A DNA stretch of 64,000 bases, taken from the NCBI GenBank assembly GCA_051294905.1, contig CM119382.1, positions 5,580,001 through 5,644,000 on the forward strand, read 5' to 3'. Each line of letters begins with the position of its first letter. Positions within the stretch are counted from its first letter, which is position 1. A program made the translations under genes and the position numbers. Below, in pieces: positions 11,701-24,393 of this stretch. The notes below the pieces were generated by a model that was not told the DNA's origin, searched no databases, and saw only the letters and a list, made by a program, of their open reading frames with translations. The stretch is from Botryllus schlosseri. Its lineage: Eukaryota.

Positions 11701-14700
11701 ACTTGGCCATGCAACACTTCAGCATGCAACACTTGGCCATGCAACACTTCAGCATGTAACGCTTCAGCACGCAACACTTGGCCATGCAACACTTCAGCAT
11801 GAAACGCTTCAGCACGCAACACTTGGCCATGCAATAATTCAGCATGCAACACTTTGGGTTGAAGTTTGGGTTGGGTTGCATTTAAGACTAGGCAGTGTTG
11901 TAATGACTCGAGTCACAATTTTTTGTTGACTCGACTTGCCTCGAATCATTTCCTGAAAAAAATGGAGGATGACTCGATTTGAGTCACTTTGTGTATTGAT
12001 TCGACTTGTACTCGAGTCATTGGGCATGACTCGACCAAGTCATGTGACTCGAAACGCTCTATATGACTTGATTCTTATCATGTTTATCGGGGCCGATACT
12101 TGAAAATAGGCCCAGAAAATTTGTTTCATGTGTTCGAATAAACATGTTAAGAGTGAGAAAAATTAGCATATTATGAATGTGAGGCTGTCGATAGCACCCA
12201 AGAGTTTCAAAAAAGTGAGTTGAACATATCTTGAACTCTATAACACAAACTGAACATTATGACTCGGACTCGAGTCTCAAGACGATGACTCGGACTTGAC
12301 CGTTGCTCTGTGACTTGGTTGCAATCCTGGAACTAGGTTATGGTTAATTGTGAGGGTCGTGATCGGGAAAGTTGTGGGTTATAAAGTCATATGCACAAGT
12401 GTTGCATGCTCAAATATCATTTTTATAGTATCGCACGCTCAAATGTTAGGCAAACTCGTTAGACATAGGCATAAAAGTACACCGGTAACATTTCCTCACC
12501 GCTCAAGACATCAGGGCTGATGTAAGCGGGACTTCCGCGTCTGTCTTTCAATAGGTCGTCGTCGGACATCAGATGCCTCCCCAGACAGAAGTTGGTCAAG
12601 ACCACTTTTTGGCTCTTCTCCAACAGAACCATATTCTCTAATTTCAAATCCCTGAAACACAGCGCACGCGTTCAGCTAGACAAGAAACAGATGCGACAAA
12701 TACATACACAATTGAAAGTTACTTGATAGTGGCAAGGAGCGTACAATTGCAGTGCTAGAAAAAATCATGTCGCACTACTTTACTTCCAATTTATTTCCAG
12801 ATTTTTATGTTGTCAAAACAAAGCCACCGACCTATGCACTACATTCAGCGAATGCAGCGAATGCACAATATCCAGGATCAGAGTGAAGATCCGCACCGTC
12901 TCGCGTTCCGCCAAATGCCCCGCCCTCATCACGTGCTTCTGCAGGACCAAACAGTCCCGGGTGGCAGGGTCAAACTCATGCGGCGTCAGGCAGTCCAGAA
13001 CCAGACACACACGCTCCCTAGCCTCGCCAGTGGCTCCATCAAAAGCCACATCTTTGTAAAGACCATGCTCGCGAACCACACCTGAATGATTTTTGAGCAG
13101 AGTCAACAGCGAGTGCTCCGAGTACAGGAGCAAGCGTCCGCTACGGTCGTCATCAGTACGACCTCCCATTAAAAATACTTTTGCCAGATAATACTTGAAC
13201 GTGCCTTCCTTACGGACTAGATACTGAGATATGCTCTTGACCGGGGACGAATCTAATTTGGGGCCGAAAATGAAAGGTCCCATCCTGCGTTTCTCGGTGT
13301 AATCGGCGGGGCACTTCACGATGCAGTCCAGGCGGTCCTGCGAAAAGCCTGGTTTTGTCGGCCATGGTGATACTTTGTCACGCGGGACATTGAATTTAGT
13401 GTCGTCCTTCCAAGCGACTTGCTTTTTCAAAGGCAAAGACTTGACTCTCAACCCCTCGGGGTTCGTCGAACTTTGACGTGTCGACACACTCGCCGAGTCG
13501 GACTTGTTTTGACTTGGGGCTGCTTTCTTGAGTTTGGGGTTTTTCAGGATGGACGGGCTTGGGGTCATTTTCCTTTGTGTCGCAGTGTCAGTGACTTTCA
13601 ATTTATTATGATTGCTTTCTTCTGAAATGAGAATAGAAATTTCTTCAGATCAGGCTACTTCCACTTCTATGTAAAAGCTACTCAGGAAAAACCAACAGGG
13701 CTGTAATGACTCGAGTCACAATTTTTCGTCGCCTCGACTTGTACTCGAGACGTTGCACATGACTCGGTGGTGAATTGAAAATGACTCGAGTCAACATTAT
13801 AAAAGTCAAATTCACTTGCCACTTCGTTACACCCAGGGTTGTAATGACTCGAATCACCTTTTTTGGTGACTCGAGTCATTTTTTGACTCGTAACTAGGAC
13901 GCTCAAGACAGTCATTTCTCCAAAGAATAGTAAAGGTACCACATTATTGGCATGTCGTCTATCAGTCCTGATACTCGGAAAATAGGGCCAGAAACTGTTA
14001 AAACTGAGGAAAAATACGATATTATGAATGCGAGCCATTCTATATCACTCGAGCAGAGTTGAAAAAAAGTGGTTTGAACCAGATTGAACTGAAAACTGAG
14101 CAGCGAACTTGGACTCGGAGTTGACTCGGTGGTGAATTGAAAATGACTCGACACTCGGAACCTTGTAACTCGGTCACAACCCTGCCTCCACTCAACAATT
14201 TTTCGGGCAAAACCACCGCGTAGCAACAAACTATGTCTGCTTTTTGCAATACTCCAGCGCGTCTTACCAAGGTGAACTAGTTACTCGACCAGTGATGCTT
14301 TAGACTGCACCCATTTCCCCTCAAGAGTTTTCGGCTATTTTATGAAAAAGGCATACTTCTACTTACTTGGAAATCTCCAAATACTCGTACTTGAGTAGAT
14401 ATTTATGTTACTCAGACTTCTGCATCTACTTTCACCACCTCTGGTGCTCGTCATGTCCTATCGCCACAATAATAGCAATCACTTTCCCATACCTATCGTG
14501 ACTGATTTCGACGGAGTTTCACTCGGCCTTGCATTGGCGCAACTTTCAATACTACGCGAAGTGCCAGGAACGTCGTCACACCGCGTTTCCGTCTCGTGTG
14601 ATCCCTCGCTTGTTTGAGGCGCCCGTTCTTCCGCGTTATCGGCGTCGCAACGCCGAAATCTGGGCCTACGAAGCTGGTCGGCGGGGCACGGGTATTTCGG

Positions 14701-17700
14701 GTTCAACGGTGTCCCGCCGCATGTCGCGGCTCTCTTTCTCGTCTCTCGAAGCTGTTCCAGAAAGGAGGCGGCGTCTGAAATCCAACAGAAATAGCGTCAG
14801 AGTTGGGACAAATACCGGAACGATTATTTTCAATATTGGCAAATCGAATCCGGCATTGGCAGAAGTAACAAAAGAAATTTGTACTCGTACAGTCAGAGAA
14901 TAATTAAATCATAAGAGACTAAGGTATTCATGTCGAAATAACCCAAATATATACGGCTGACATTCGTCAGGGGTAATCGTCAGCAACTCATAGAGAATTC
15001 GAAAGAACGTTTTATAAATCTACACCAACAATCGTAGGCCTACCACAAAATATGACGTCACTAATCAAATTTGGCGACACGATTGTTGATATACCGAGTT
15101 TTTTTTATTGCTCCACTACTTGCTGACAATTACCCCGGACGAGAATATTTGAGTTTATTTCCATATGAATACATCATTCAATTGTATAATGAAGCTCTGT
15201 ACCTCAAAGAGCCTCTTGAACTATAAGACATAAGTCCCTGCCTTTCGAGTAGGCTAAAAGTACTTCAAATGCAAAGTAGAAGTGAGAATGCGAGTCTTGA
15301 CGTCGGTGTTTTGAAGCAGTTTGAGACAAGGCGCTAATATAATAACGAAGAAAATGGTTCTGATTCCGTGAAATCTACATTGGCGCGACGTAAGATACTT
15401 CCGGATATCGACTATCACCTGGGTATAGATTTTCTTGCATTCTATGTCAGTTTATATGCTCCTCTTGGTCACCGATTTCATTGTGAAAAGTATTATATTA
15501 TTTGTGAATTACATCGCTATCGTTTTAACGAGGCTATTTATAGATGACTGACCTACGGATAGATAGTAGATACGCAACACCCGCCGTCACGCTTGCTTGC
15601 CCAGAGGAAATGACTGCTCAGCAATCTGAACGCAACATATTTGCCAATACCATAGCTGACGACACGAGCGGCGAGCGTTCAAATTCAATAAAGTTGATCT
15701 TATTTGTAAGCTACTGTCGCACTGATTACGAAAATATACATTAAAATCTGATCAGGGCAATGGAACTTCCTCGAAATACACCTGAAAGTCTGAAAATCGG
15801 CATCGTTCTGAACAATCGCAACCACGCAAGGGCCATTGTTATGGTCATTGTGCTGCGTCGCTACGATTGTTGAGAACAATGCCGATTTTCAGACTTTGAA
15901 GGCTATTTCGGGGTGGTTCCATTGCCTAATGAAATTTTAATGTATATTTTCAGAATCAGCGCGACGATAGCTTTCAAATAAGATCAACTTTATTTAATTT
16001 GAGCGCTCGTGTCGTCAGCTATTGTGTTGGCAAATATGTTGTGTTCAGATTGTTGAGCAGTCATTTCCTCTGGGCAAGCAAGCGTGACGACGGGTGTTGC
16101 GTATCTATCCGTAGGTTAGTTATCTATAGGCTATTTCAACGAAGTTTACTAATTTCCGGCCCATCCGCGTCACATTTTTTCCTCAATAATTAGCAATTTC
16201 TTTCTCCAAACTCAATCACACATGAACATGAACAAGAACAGTGAACTGGCTGAAAAAAAACATAATCTCCATTCAAGCATGCCCGGAACATTATGTTTCG
16301 TAATGGCAAAGCAACGAAATTCACCGTCGTAAATGCTATCATTTTAAAAAATGGTCAAGATTCAAATTCTAATTTTCACGGTTTCCACTGGCCGGAATTG
16401 AGCCAAATTTTGAATGCCACGGTTTTTCATTCAACCTAACAATTCACTGACGTATGCAACATGCAAGTGAAATTTCCGAAAGAGTTTTCTTTTTACCGTA
16501 CAATAGGGCTGTTCCAAACTAACTTTTACTAAAAAACCCCACTCAATTCTGACCGTACAATATGAAATTGAAATTACGGTGGGAAATTTCCAATTTCAGA
16601 TTGTACGGCTTCTTATGGTCGAAATTCAGTCAAATTTGGTGCGCTGTGTTTTTACTTACGTAACCTAACAATTTAATCACTATTGTAGCGAAATTTTGAA
16701 AAAACTTTTTTTTTGACATACAATCATGCATCGGAAAGATAAGATCACCAACCGGTAGCGCTGTGAGGGGCGTTGACCGGTGGCGAAGCCTCGAATACGT
16801 CGTCGTCATCATCGTCGACAGAAGAGGAATTTTCCGTGCTTTCTTCCGAAATATGCTGAACCTCCAACGATGTCGGCGTCGAATTCCTGCGGAGCATTGC
16901 AAAATTCCTTGCGACCGGCGCGATCGATGAAAACGGGCCACCGACGCTGTATCGCTCTCTCCTAGATGGAAGATAACAGATAAGCAATTCGTTATTTGCG
17001 TCGCAGCGTCTAGAAACAATTTTGTGACAAAATTGCTGACCACCCACGCAAACCGTATGTCCACATCGCGTCCATCAACTCCTTAACATAGTTCTACCTT
17101 TCCACAGCGCTCCCCACCTCCACTGGTTACTTGTTACATCGGTGATTTTGTAAAGTAAAAGATAGTTTCAGGATGGGCTTGAAGCACTTTTTACGAGTGA
17201 AATTGTCATGAAAACTTGGCGGTGGGGCCCCTGAATCCCCGCAAATTATTGTACTTGCACCAAATTGTAGCAGGGTTGTAGCCTAATCACAAGGTTCCGA
17301 GTCACAAGTCAATCTCACTCTTATAGTTTTGACTCGAGTCAAGTCGAGTCATTTTCAATTCACCGCCGAGTCAAGCCGGGATCCAACTCAGTGAGTAGAG
17401 GGTTGAGTCCGAGCCATAGTGCTGTGACTTGAGTCCGAGTTCAAGTCATTGTGTTCACTGTTCAGTTTTGAGTTCAGGTTCAACCCACTTTTATCAACTC
17501 TGCTCGAGTGATATAGAATGGTTTACATTCATAATATCGTAATTTTCCTCATTTCCAACAGTTTCTGGCCCTATTTTCCAAGCATCAGGGCTGATAGACG
17601 AAATACTAATAATGCGGTGACTTTACTATTCTTCGAAGTTACAATGAAATATCTGTCTCGGCCATCCTGGTCTCGAGTCATATGACTTGGTTACGCATTT

Positions 17701-20700
17701 GAAAAAATGACTCGAGAGTCAAGAAGAGTCACCAAAAATCGCGACTCGAGTTGAGTCATGACTCGAGTCATTTCAACGCTGATTTGTAGTCTCGTTGGTC
17801 ATTTTGTGTTAGTCGCAAAGATGCACTAAAATTTTGATAGTGTCCACTCCCAATTAACTGGTTAAGGTATACGACCGAAGTAGTTTTGGCTTGCCTTTGC
17901 TACTTCTACTTGTAATTGAGTTGAAATTTACCAACTTCTTCTGCTTTAGTAACAGCAAAGCTGACTAGTTTCAGTATCTCTAGTTGTCTTTCTGATACGA
18001 TTCAGAGATCAGCATGGATTCGGACCAGAATTATGATTTCAAAGCTGGAATTCGACAATAATTTATATCTATTCTCAAATTTTATGCAAATCTCAGTAAT
18101 TCACAAATTCGAACTTCGGCAAGATATCGTCGCTAGAAAACCAAACCGTCTTATGTCCACTTTTGGTATTTTTGAATGTTCTTCTTCTATCACTATTTGG
18201 ACATGGCCATAGATCTATCTTTTTAACTGGGTTCCATGTTCTTTAAGTAGCATGAATTTCTAGTGAAATGGACATATGGAACTCGAATTTTCAAGGTAAA
18301 TTGAAAACCAAACTGGTTTGTGTCCAAATTATATATTAAAATTGCCCAAAATAGATAGAAAACTGTTTGGTTTTCCAGTGACGATATGGCGCCGTGATAA
18401 ATAACTTTTACTGTAGCTAACGGAATGTCCACATAATTACTGCTGACATTGCTGACAACAGTTTCTCGGCTCACCAGTAGCCTATATCGATAGAAAATTT
18501 CTCACAGCGACTTCTTAAGGGGTTAAATTATTTACGGCTAAAGAATCCTCGGGCAGAATCATAGCTACAAAACCGACAAGATAGCGTGGTGGTGGAGTGC
18601 CCGGCTTCTTGGTCGGTAGGTCGTGTGTTCAATCCCCGGCCGGGTCAGACCATAGACATGATATGATTAGTAACGCCGGTACCATGACTTCACCACTTGG
18701 AGCTCAGCATTACCGGATAGCATGGAGGGGTTGTGCAAGACATAGAAAGTCTTACAAGGATATATCTGCAGATCTGCACCTTCCTTGTCATGTGCACATC
18801 GTGCACTCATGGTATGCTTGTGTGAATTTATATCATGAGGCGCAAAAAATATCAAGAACACAAATACATAACAACCTTTCCTTTTCGAATAGGCCTATAG
18901 GCAGTTGCCTGCTATTGAGAAGACGATCGAAGCAAACATTTCTATCTCTCTGACAAAATACAGATCCGCAAATGGCGTAAAACAACATCTCATACTGGAT
19001 TTCCAGTTATAGGATACATAACAATGTTTCTTAACCAGGGTTCACACGAATCCCAGAAGTTCGCTGGAAGTCAAGACACACAACCTACTCTTAGAGCAGA
19101 GCTCACATCAATTGGTGTGTAGTAAATATTCATTATCATCTTTTTGTTTTGTGTGAAAATCATATTTAAATGGTTTTCTTAGTTTAACACCGTTGTTGAT
19201 GCACAGTTCAATACATTCTATAGCAATGTGTTAAATGTGTGATGTGATAGATTTCTGTTTTACGATTAGCCAGAAATTTGGAATTAGCCACGTTACTAAA
19301 CGTTAAGTACCCCTAGGATACGTACCTGGCCGCGGTGTGATTCGCAATCATCTGATGATACATATTATTCCTGGCCACCCCGTCAGAGTCTGTAACAGTT
19401 GGGTAAGGTGGCGGCGGTCGTTCGTAATGCGGGGGCGCATTGCCAACACCGGGTGGTCTATGACTCGTGCTGGAAGCGCCCTCCTGAGGTAGTGAGGTGT
19501 TTGTAGAATTTCGGCGGAATGAAGCGGATTCGTTCACTAAATTTGATTGAAACTTTCGAACGTAGTACGGATAATGAGCATTGCTCGCGATAGGGTAATG
19601 AAGTCCGAGAGCCCCGCTTTGGTGCATCTGAAAACAGATCACAAAGTTGCTCCATGTTCAATTGTTCATATATAGCTGTACCTAAACGATAGGGTTGTTC
19701 AAAAATAACTTTTTGTATAATAATTTGGCTCGATTCCAACTGGTAGATGTGAACGCACAGGAGTTTGAAAATTTTGAATCCATTATATAAATTTTTTTTT
19801 TTAATTTAAAATGTTACAGTCAACCCCTTGAAATTGTTCAGTTGTCTACAAAAACGATTTGAGTTTTCCATTCATAATTCTGGGATTAGCCTACCTACCG
19901 TCCAGGCTATTTTTGCGAATCCAAAACTTTCAACTGCAATAACTTCGCTTCTACCGGTTGGAAGTGAGCAAAAATTGGTAAGCACCGTTCTTTCACACAA
20001 CTTGACGGTTGACAGTAAAATTTGATGAAAAAATTTTTCAATTTTTTAAAATAAATTCAAAATTTTCAGACTCCTGTGCGTTCACACCTATCAGTTGGGA
20101 TTGAGCCATATTTAGTGCGCAGTGTGTTTTTACGCAACCTAACAATTCAGTCAGTGAATCCACGGAATCCAGAAAGAAGTTATTTTCGAACAACCCTACT
20201 GTATAAAGAAAGAGCTACCAAGCTAGAAAAGGAGATCTGCATGCTGGATGTTGTAATACCGAGACTCAAGACACCTCAAAACCACTGATAAATAGTTTTG
20301 AATTGTCAAACATAGACAATGGACATGCTGCTTCAGGTTGCGAAATGACCAGGGTAGTTGTTTGAAGAACTGCCAACGATCCACTAATCCAAAACTCATT
20401 CATGTTCGATTTGAAGTGGTTCGTCTTCTAAAGAAATCAATGAAGACTGACTTCCTGAGCAACCAAGTAGGTTACGCAAATACATGTGCTAGTTGCCTGG
20501 ACTGAACATACCGTACGTGTTTTCTTTACGTGAAGTGGCCATAAAAATGCAATCTGCAATTGATGGATTCGATGCGATAATAATCAAATTAATTACTTTT
20601 TGTAACCTTTGTTCACCAGAAATTAAACTGTGGAACCCTAAATAGTTCAGAAGACACTCATGCAGGTACAGAACTTCAGTTAAAAATTGAATAATATAAT

Positions 20701-21331
20701 TATAACGAAATAAACAAAAATTTTGACTAAGCAACTAGCAAAGAACTGAGAAGAATATTGTGCATCAACTTCAACACTCATATCACCATTACCCCTTAAA
20801 ATATTCCGGGATAAATTCAATATGAATATATCATGAAATAGTGCAAGGCTGTTATCAAGTTAGACCTTTCCGAGGGGCAGAGATACACGAATACTCTCGG
20901 CATAATAAAGATCATACCTCTAAAACGGATGAATGGGAAGCGGCCCTGCTTCTGCTGTTGCAATTATTGTTATCATTGGAGCTCAGGAGGAGAACGGGGT
21001 TTATCTGATTTAAACCGGTCAAGGCGGGTCGGTATCCGCTTTGGAGCTGCAAGCCGGGATGCATCCGCGGGATCAAGTACGGTCTCTGCATTGACGAATA
21101 CAACACCGGGTCGAAAAGCAGTCCTTGAATATTGCGGCCATACGGCGGGAACAAAGAAGTGTTCGGAAACTTTGTAGCATTGTGGGGTGAGTTCACGGAC
21201 TGCGCCGTACAATGGAATGCCGCCGGTAGTTGCGGTCTAGCCTGTGCTCGATTCTCTGAAGTCTGGGCTCCGTCGATATCGTTTCTCGAAGAACCATCCG
21301 CAAAACTTCCTCTCATCGTTCGGTTATCCAT
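8743..21331 (-). CDS. STK40: Serine/threonine kinase 40 (Tribbles-related pseudokinase) with long N-terminal extension
   Basis: Exons 21331-20918, 19627-19326, 16961-16753, 14774-14493, 13621-12832, 12651-12500, 11526-11382, 10024-9811, 9061-8956 and 8891-8743 join in frame with GT-AG boundaries (2763 nt, 920 aa). STK40 hallmarks: KRRMGPFIFGPKLDSSPV, HRDLKLENM, TNFCLGRHL, RGSPAYISPDVLSGKPY, QVVPDID, YDARPLT. The kinase exons are high confidence; joining the first four exons is less certain. Confidence 0.85.
10916..11250. mobile_element. PLE remnant with inverted terminal repeat
   Basis: Minus-strand partial repeat 10916-10962 abuts a plus-strand copy that begins with a degenerate end of the GIY-YIG ORF (FIKIRQPNMC..VYRVKIV vs FIKIHQPKLC..VYHLKIV) and continues through the 3' repeat. 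Confidence 0.8.
11143..11186 (+). ncRNA. Putative minimal type I hammerhead ribozyme in a PLE terminal repeat
   Basis: accc-CTGACGA-gtgtcagcc-GAAA-atat-TC-gggt: complete core, 4-bp stem I, and a 1-bp stem III with a palindromic tetraloop. Upstream GCTGAC is complementary to GTCAGC in loop II. Confidence 0.65.
11692..11856. repeat. 15-bp minisatellite (CATGCAACACTTGGC / CATGCAACACTTCAG), ~11 units
   Basis: Direct reading; lies in an STK40 intron. Confidence 0.95.
11893..12329. mobile_element. hAT-type GACTCGAGTC MITE
   Basis: Same family; flanks agactagg / gaactagg (6/8). Confidence 0.8.
13697..14184. mobile_element. hAT-type GACTCGAGTC MITE with duplicated left end
   Basis: Two CAGGG(C/T)TGTAATGACTCGA starts (~13697, ~13833) and an end at CACAACCCTG. 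Confidence 0.75.
14925..15235. mobile_element. PLE remnant, inverted pair of terminal repeats
   Basis: Minus copy ~14925-15062 and plus copy ~15055-15235, both homologous to 51894-52060. Confidence 0.7.
15540..16127. mobile_element. 588-bp fully palindromic non-autonomous DNA element with 9-bp TSD (Mutator/foldback-like)
   Basis: Arms pair almost to the centre; perfect AGGCTATTT duplication (15531-15539, 16128-16136). Confidence 0.88.
17271..17781. mobile_element. hAT-type GACTCGAGTC MITE
   Basis: Same family; flanks aattgtag / atttgtag (7/8). Confidence 0.85.
18573..18740 (+). mobile_element. tRNA-derived SINE, diverged copy
   Basis: gatagcgtggtggt..ggtaggtcgtgtgttcaatccccggccgggtcagaccatagac..gctcagcattaccggatagcatggagg. 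Confidence 0.7.
19690..20198. mobile_element. TAGGG-terminus MITE family copy
   Basis: TAGGGTTGTTCAAAAATAAC...TTTTCGAACAACCCTA; internal homology to 34073-34716. Confidence 0.75.
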
Positions 21332-22399
21332 GGCCGACAAAATAAATACGCTAGTTCATCCTAAAAAGTTGGATACGGTCTAAAATTTACAACAACATTA
21401 TATATTATATGTACTATTTCAAAAGCATTGAATTTAAGGAAATTTAAAGGAATGTGGTTTACAGAAAGTTTCATGGGTTCCGCTAAAGAGAGCGTTTGCA
21501 GAAACAATGTTTCAGTTATTTTCTAACATTTGATATAGAGATATCTAGATAATACTTTCATATCGGCATTAAATTTTGACAGGGACATGGGAACAGTGGA
21601 TTAAACTATTGTTATCATTCACAAAAAGAATGCAAATGCATCAACAATGAACCAGACGAATTCAAATATGGGCTACTTTATTTGTGAAATGTGAATCAAG
21701 TTCAACATGCGTCTCGGACACAAGAGTAGCTTGTGAATAAAATCGATAGAAAATGAAAGCTTATCAATCATTCCTCGCTAATATCAATAATGTATCGTCA
21801 AATCGTGAATACAGTGTGGTCTGCTAACAAGAAATAGCCACACTATGCTGATTGCTGATATAGCCACACTGTCATGCTCAAATACAGCAATCGACTGCCA
21901 AAACATCCAAATTTCGGAGCAGTATCATAGGTTGTCTTCATTCGATACATTTCTCGGAAATAAGACATTCAATGCAGCATTGATTAGGAATTCTAATTTC
22001 CGCACACCAAGTGAAGTATTTAATCCAGAGAACAAATTGAAGCACCGATTATGTACTAGACATGTGCAAACTACTACCGTTTGAATTCAAAGACGGCGTC
22101 AAATAGAAATATCACAGTACTAGTTCTTACAGATTATCAAAAATAGAGTAGTTTCAAGTATAATGTGAGAAACTACGCAAGTAATTCAAATATAAGATGC
22201 TTTGTGAACCACAGCAATCATTTCCTAGAAGCAATTGCAGAAATATGAAAATATCAAGTTCGTTATGAAGCGTGGTGTGTTCTAGCAGGCAAAAAATTGC
22301 TGTTAAGCCCTTTGAATTTGTCTACATGTGTTGTAGTGCTATGCACTACACCTTCCCAAACAGACGACTACCTTACTACAATACACATACAACTGTCCA

Positions 22400-22966
22400 T
22401 TATTTCGCAGGTATCATGCTCTGAAGCTGTTCCGACAACCATGATATCCCATCCTGAAGTCCTTCACCAGTTTTAGCGTTACTCGCGCAGATATGCCACG
22501 CTTTGTTTTTGATGTTATCCAAGCCTAGCAGCTGCGAGCACTTTACAGCTGACAAGGAGTCGGGCAGGTCCATTTTATTGGCGTAAAACAAAATAGGAAT
22601 CTTTCTACCGCTAATGTCCGAATGGTTCAAAAGCTGCGAGAGTTCGTCTTTAGCTACGGCGATGCGTAATTTATCGGCGCTGTCGACGACGAAAATGATA
22701 GCGTGCGCTTCCTTGTAATAATGTTCCCACAAGGTACGGTACCGTCCTTGCCCAGACATGTCAAACACTGTAAACGCGAGGCTCTGCGATTGAAATTTTT
22801 CTACGCTAAAGCCAACAGTCGGGACGATATCCTGTTTTTGAGAATCTTTCGGCCGCAAAAAGTTTATAACAGTGCTTTTTCCGCTGTTATCTAGTCCCAC
22901 ACATAGGATGCCTGCTTCCTTCTTCTTGTTGCCAAATAGTTTCCTCAACGAGTCGAAAAGTCCCAT
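22400..22966 (-). CDS. ARL6: ADP-ribosylation factor-like protein 6 (BBS3), intronless CDS
   Basis: 188-aa ORF with MGLFDSL N-terminus, GLDNSGKS P-loop, [27 protein letters not shown] and CASNA. Confidence 0.95.
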   Translation of the reverse strand: MGLFDSLRKLFGNKKKEAGILCVGLDNSGKSTVINFLRPKDSQKQDIVPTVGFSVEKFQSQSLAFTVFDMSGQGRYRTLWEHYYKEAHAIIFVVDSADKLRIAVAKDELSQLLNHSDISGRKIPILFYANKMDLPDSLSAVKCSQLLGLDNIKNKAWHICASNAKTGEGLQDGISWLSEQLQSMIPAK

Positions 22967-23976
22967 ATTTCAATCCGACTTGCACCGCAGTAAAAATATT
23001 TTTGCAACGTCTTCAATCTCAAAGATAACTCCAAAGATTTAAATCAGTACTTCAAGTCCTTGATCTTTACGGCACCATAATATTAGAAGTAAATTTACGT
23101 AGAAAAAGTAGTCTGAAAGAAAATCCAGCATAAATTAACGCATCACGAATATTCCAATACATGATTGCATGTTAATTTCATACGATGGTTATGCCGTGCT
23201 TCAAACAGATACCCGAATCTAAGCGAAATGGTATTGATCCAGTATGGAATCGGTGTCCAAGGCACGCAGGATCACGCCGACTTGGTCGCCAGTTGCACGC
23301 GGTCACGCCGTCACGGGTCGTTGATTTCATTTAAAAAAAAATAAAAAAAAAATAAAAAAAATTGAAAAAAAGTCAATGTTCTCAGCCACCCCAAATGCTA
23401 TATTCCAGTTAGTATGTGGTATATAATGTTTTGACCTAATCCTCAAGCCAGGATCTGTTGATTACTGTCTGTTGGTAAAGTACTTGCACCTTACCAGTTG
23501 CTAACCATAACCATTAGCATCTGATCTCCTGTCACTGGCTTAACACAGTCATTTGAAGTCAGTAACCTAGCTTGTCACGCCGCAAAGTTGGCTCTGTCAC
23601 GCGAAAAAAGCTCCTATCACGCAGGATTTATTTCAAAAAAAGGACGGAGATTCCAATCAGGGTATTGATGATAAATACACGCCCCGCAGCTTTCTAGGGC
23701 CCGCCACTCGGCACCAGCACATTTGCTATACTCATGCTTATGAGATTGAACTTTCATTTGACCAAGTTTTCTACTTCTGATATCATCATTTGGAAAAAAA
23801 CTGTTCCGTTTCAATTCTAACTTTAATCTAATTCGGAAAGGGTGAAAATTTACTAATTGCTCAAGTCTGGTCCGGATGTGAGCGAGTATAGACAGCTGTC
23901 ACGAATTGCGGGTTAAAATCACATGATTTTGAACGCACATATGTTATTTAAAAGATAAATTCAACTTCCGGATAGG

Positions 23977-24393
23977 CTAGTTATCTTTGAACACAATTTT
24001 CTTCGTCCTTGAGAATATTTCTTCGTTAGAAAGGTGTGGTTCGGCTTGATGAATTTTTCTGAAAATTTCTACCACACGCTGCGACATATTCGCATCGGCT
24101 TGCTCGTTCAGATCGTACACCGATTTGAAATCATTGAACATTCTCTTCACAGCAACCCTGGCCCAGTCTTCCGGGTACAATATCTTCTTCACAGTATTGT
24201 CTTTAGGAATAAGTCCGAATTGATCTGGCGAAGGCGGCGCAGCGTAAACTGGTTCCCGTTCCGGCGGAAATGCCTCGTAAACGTCAAACCAGATGGGTTT
24301 GTTTTCTTGTGAAATCAGCCCGGACTGTAGCATGTTCTTCACTCGCGAATAAATCGAGCCGAACTTGTGTGCTCGAGTACCGATTGTCGTCAT
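23977..24393 (-). CDS. MRPS23: Mitochondrial ribosomal protein S23, intronless CDS
   Basis: 138-aa ORF with GSIYSRV..MLQSG..KPIWFDVYEAFPPEREP, typical of the MRP-S23 N-terminal domain. Confidence 0.9.
   Translation of the reverse strand: MTTIGTRAHKFGSIYSRVKNMLQSGLISQENKPIWFDVYEAFPPEREPVYAAPPSPDQFGLIPKDNTVKKILYPEDWARVAVKRMFNDFKSVYDLNEQADANMSQRVVEIFRKIHQAEPHLSNEEIFSRTKKIVFKDN

Noticed and set aside
11640-11929. Repetitive ORFs (HATLG/HATLQ, KCCM, VLHAE)
   Set aside because: Artefacts of a stop-free 15-bp intronic minisatellite; no splice or expression evidence.
21332-23976. MRPS23-ARL6-STK40 as an operon
   Set aside because: The gaps are ~1 kb and each has a canonical AATAAA, so separate transcription is at least as likely.
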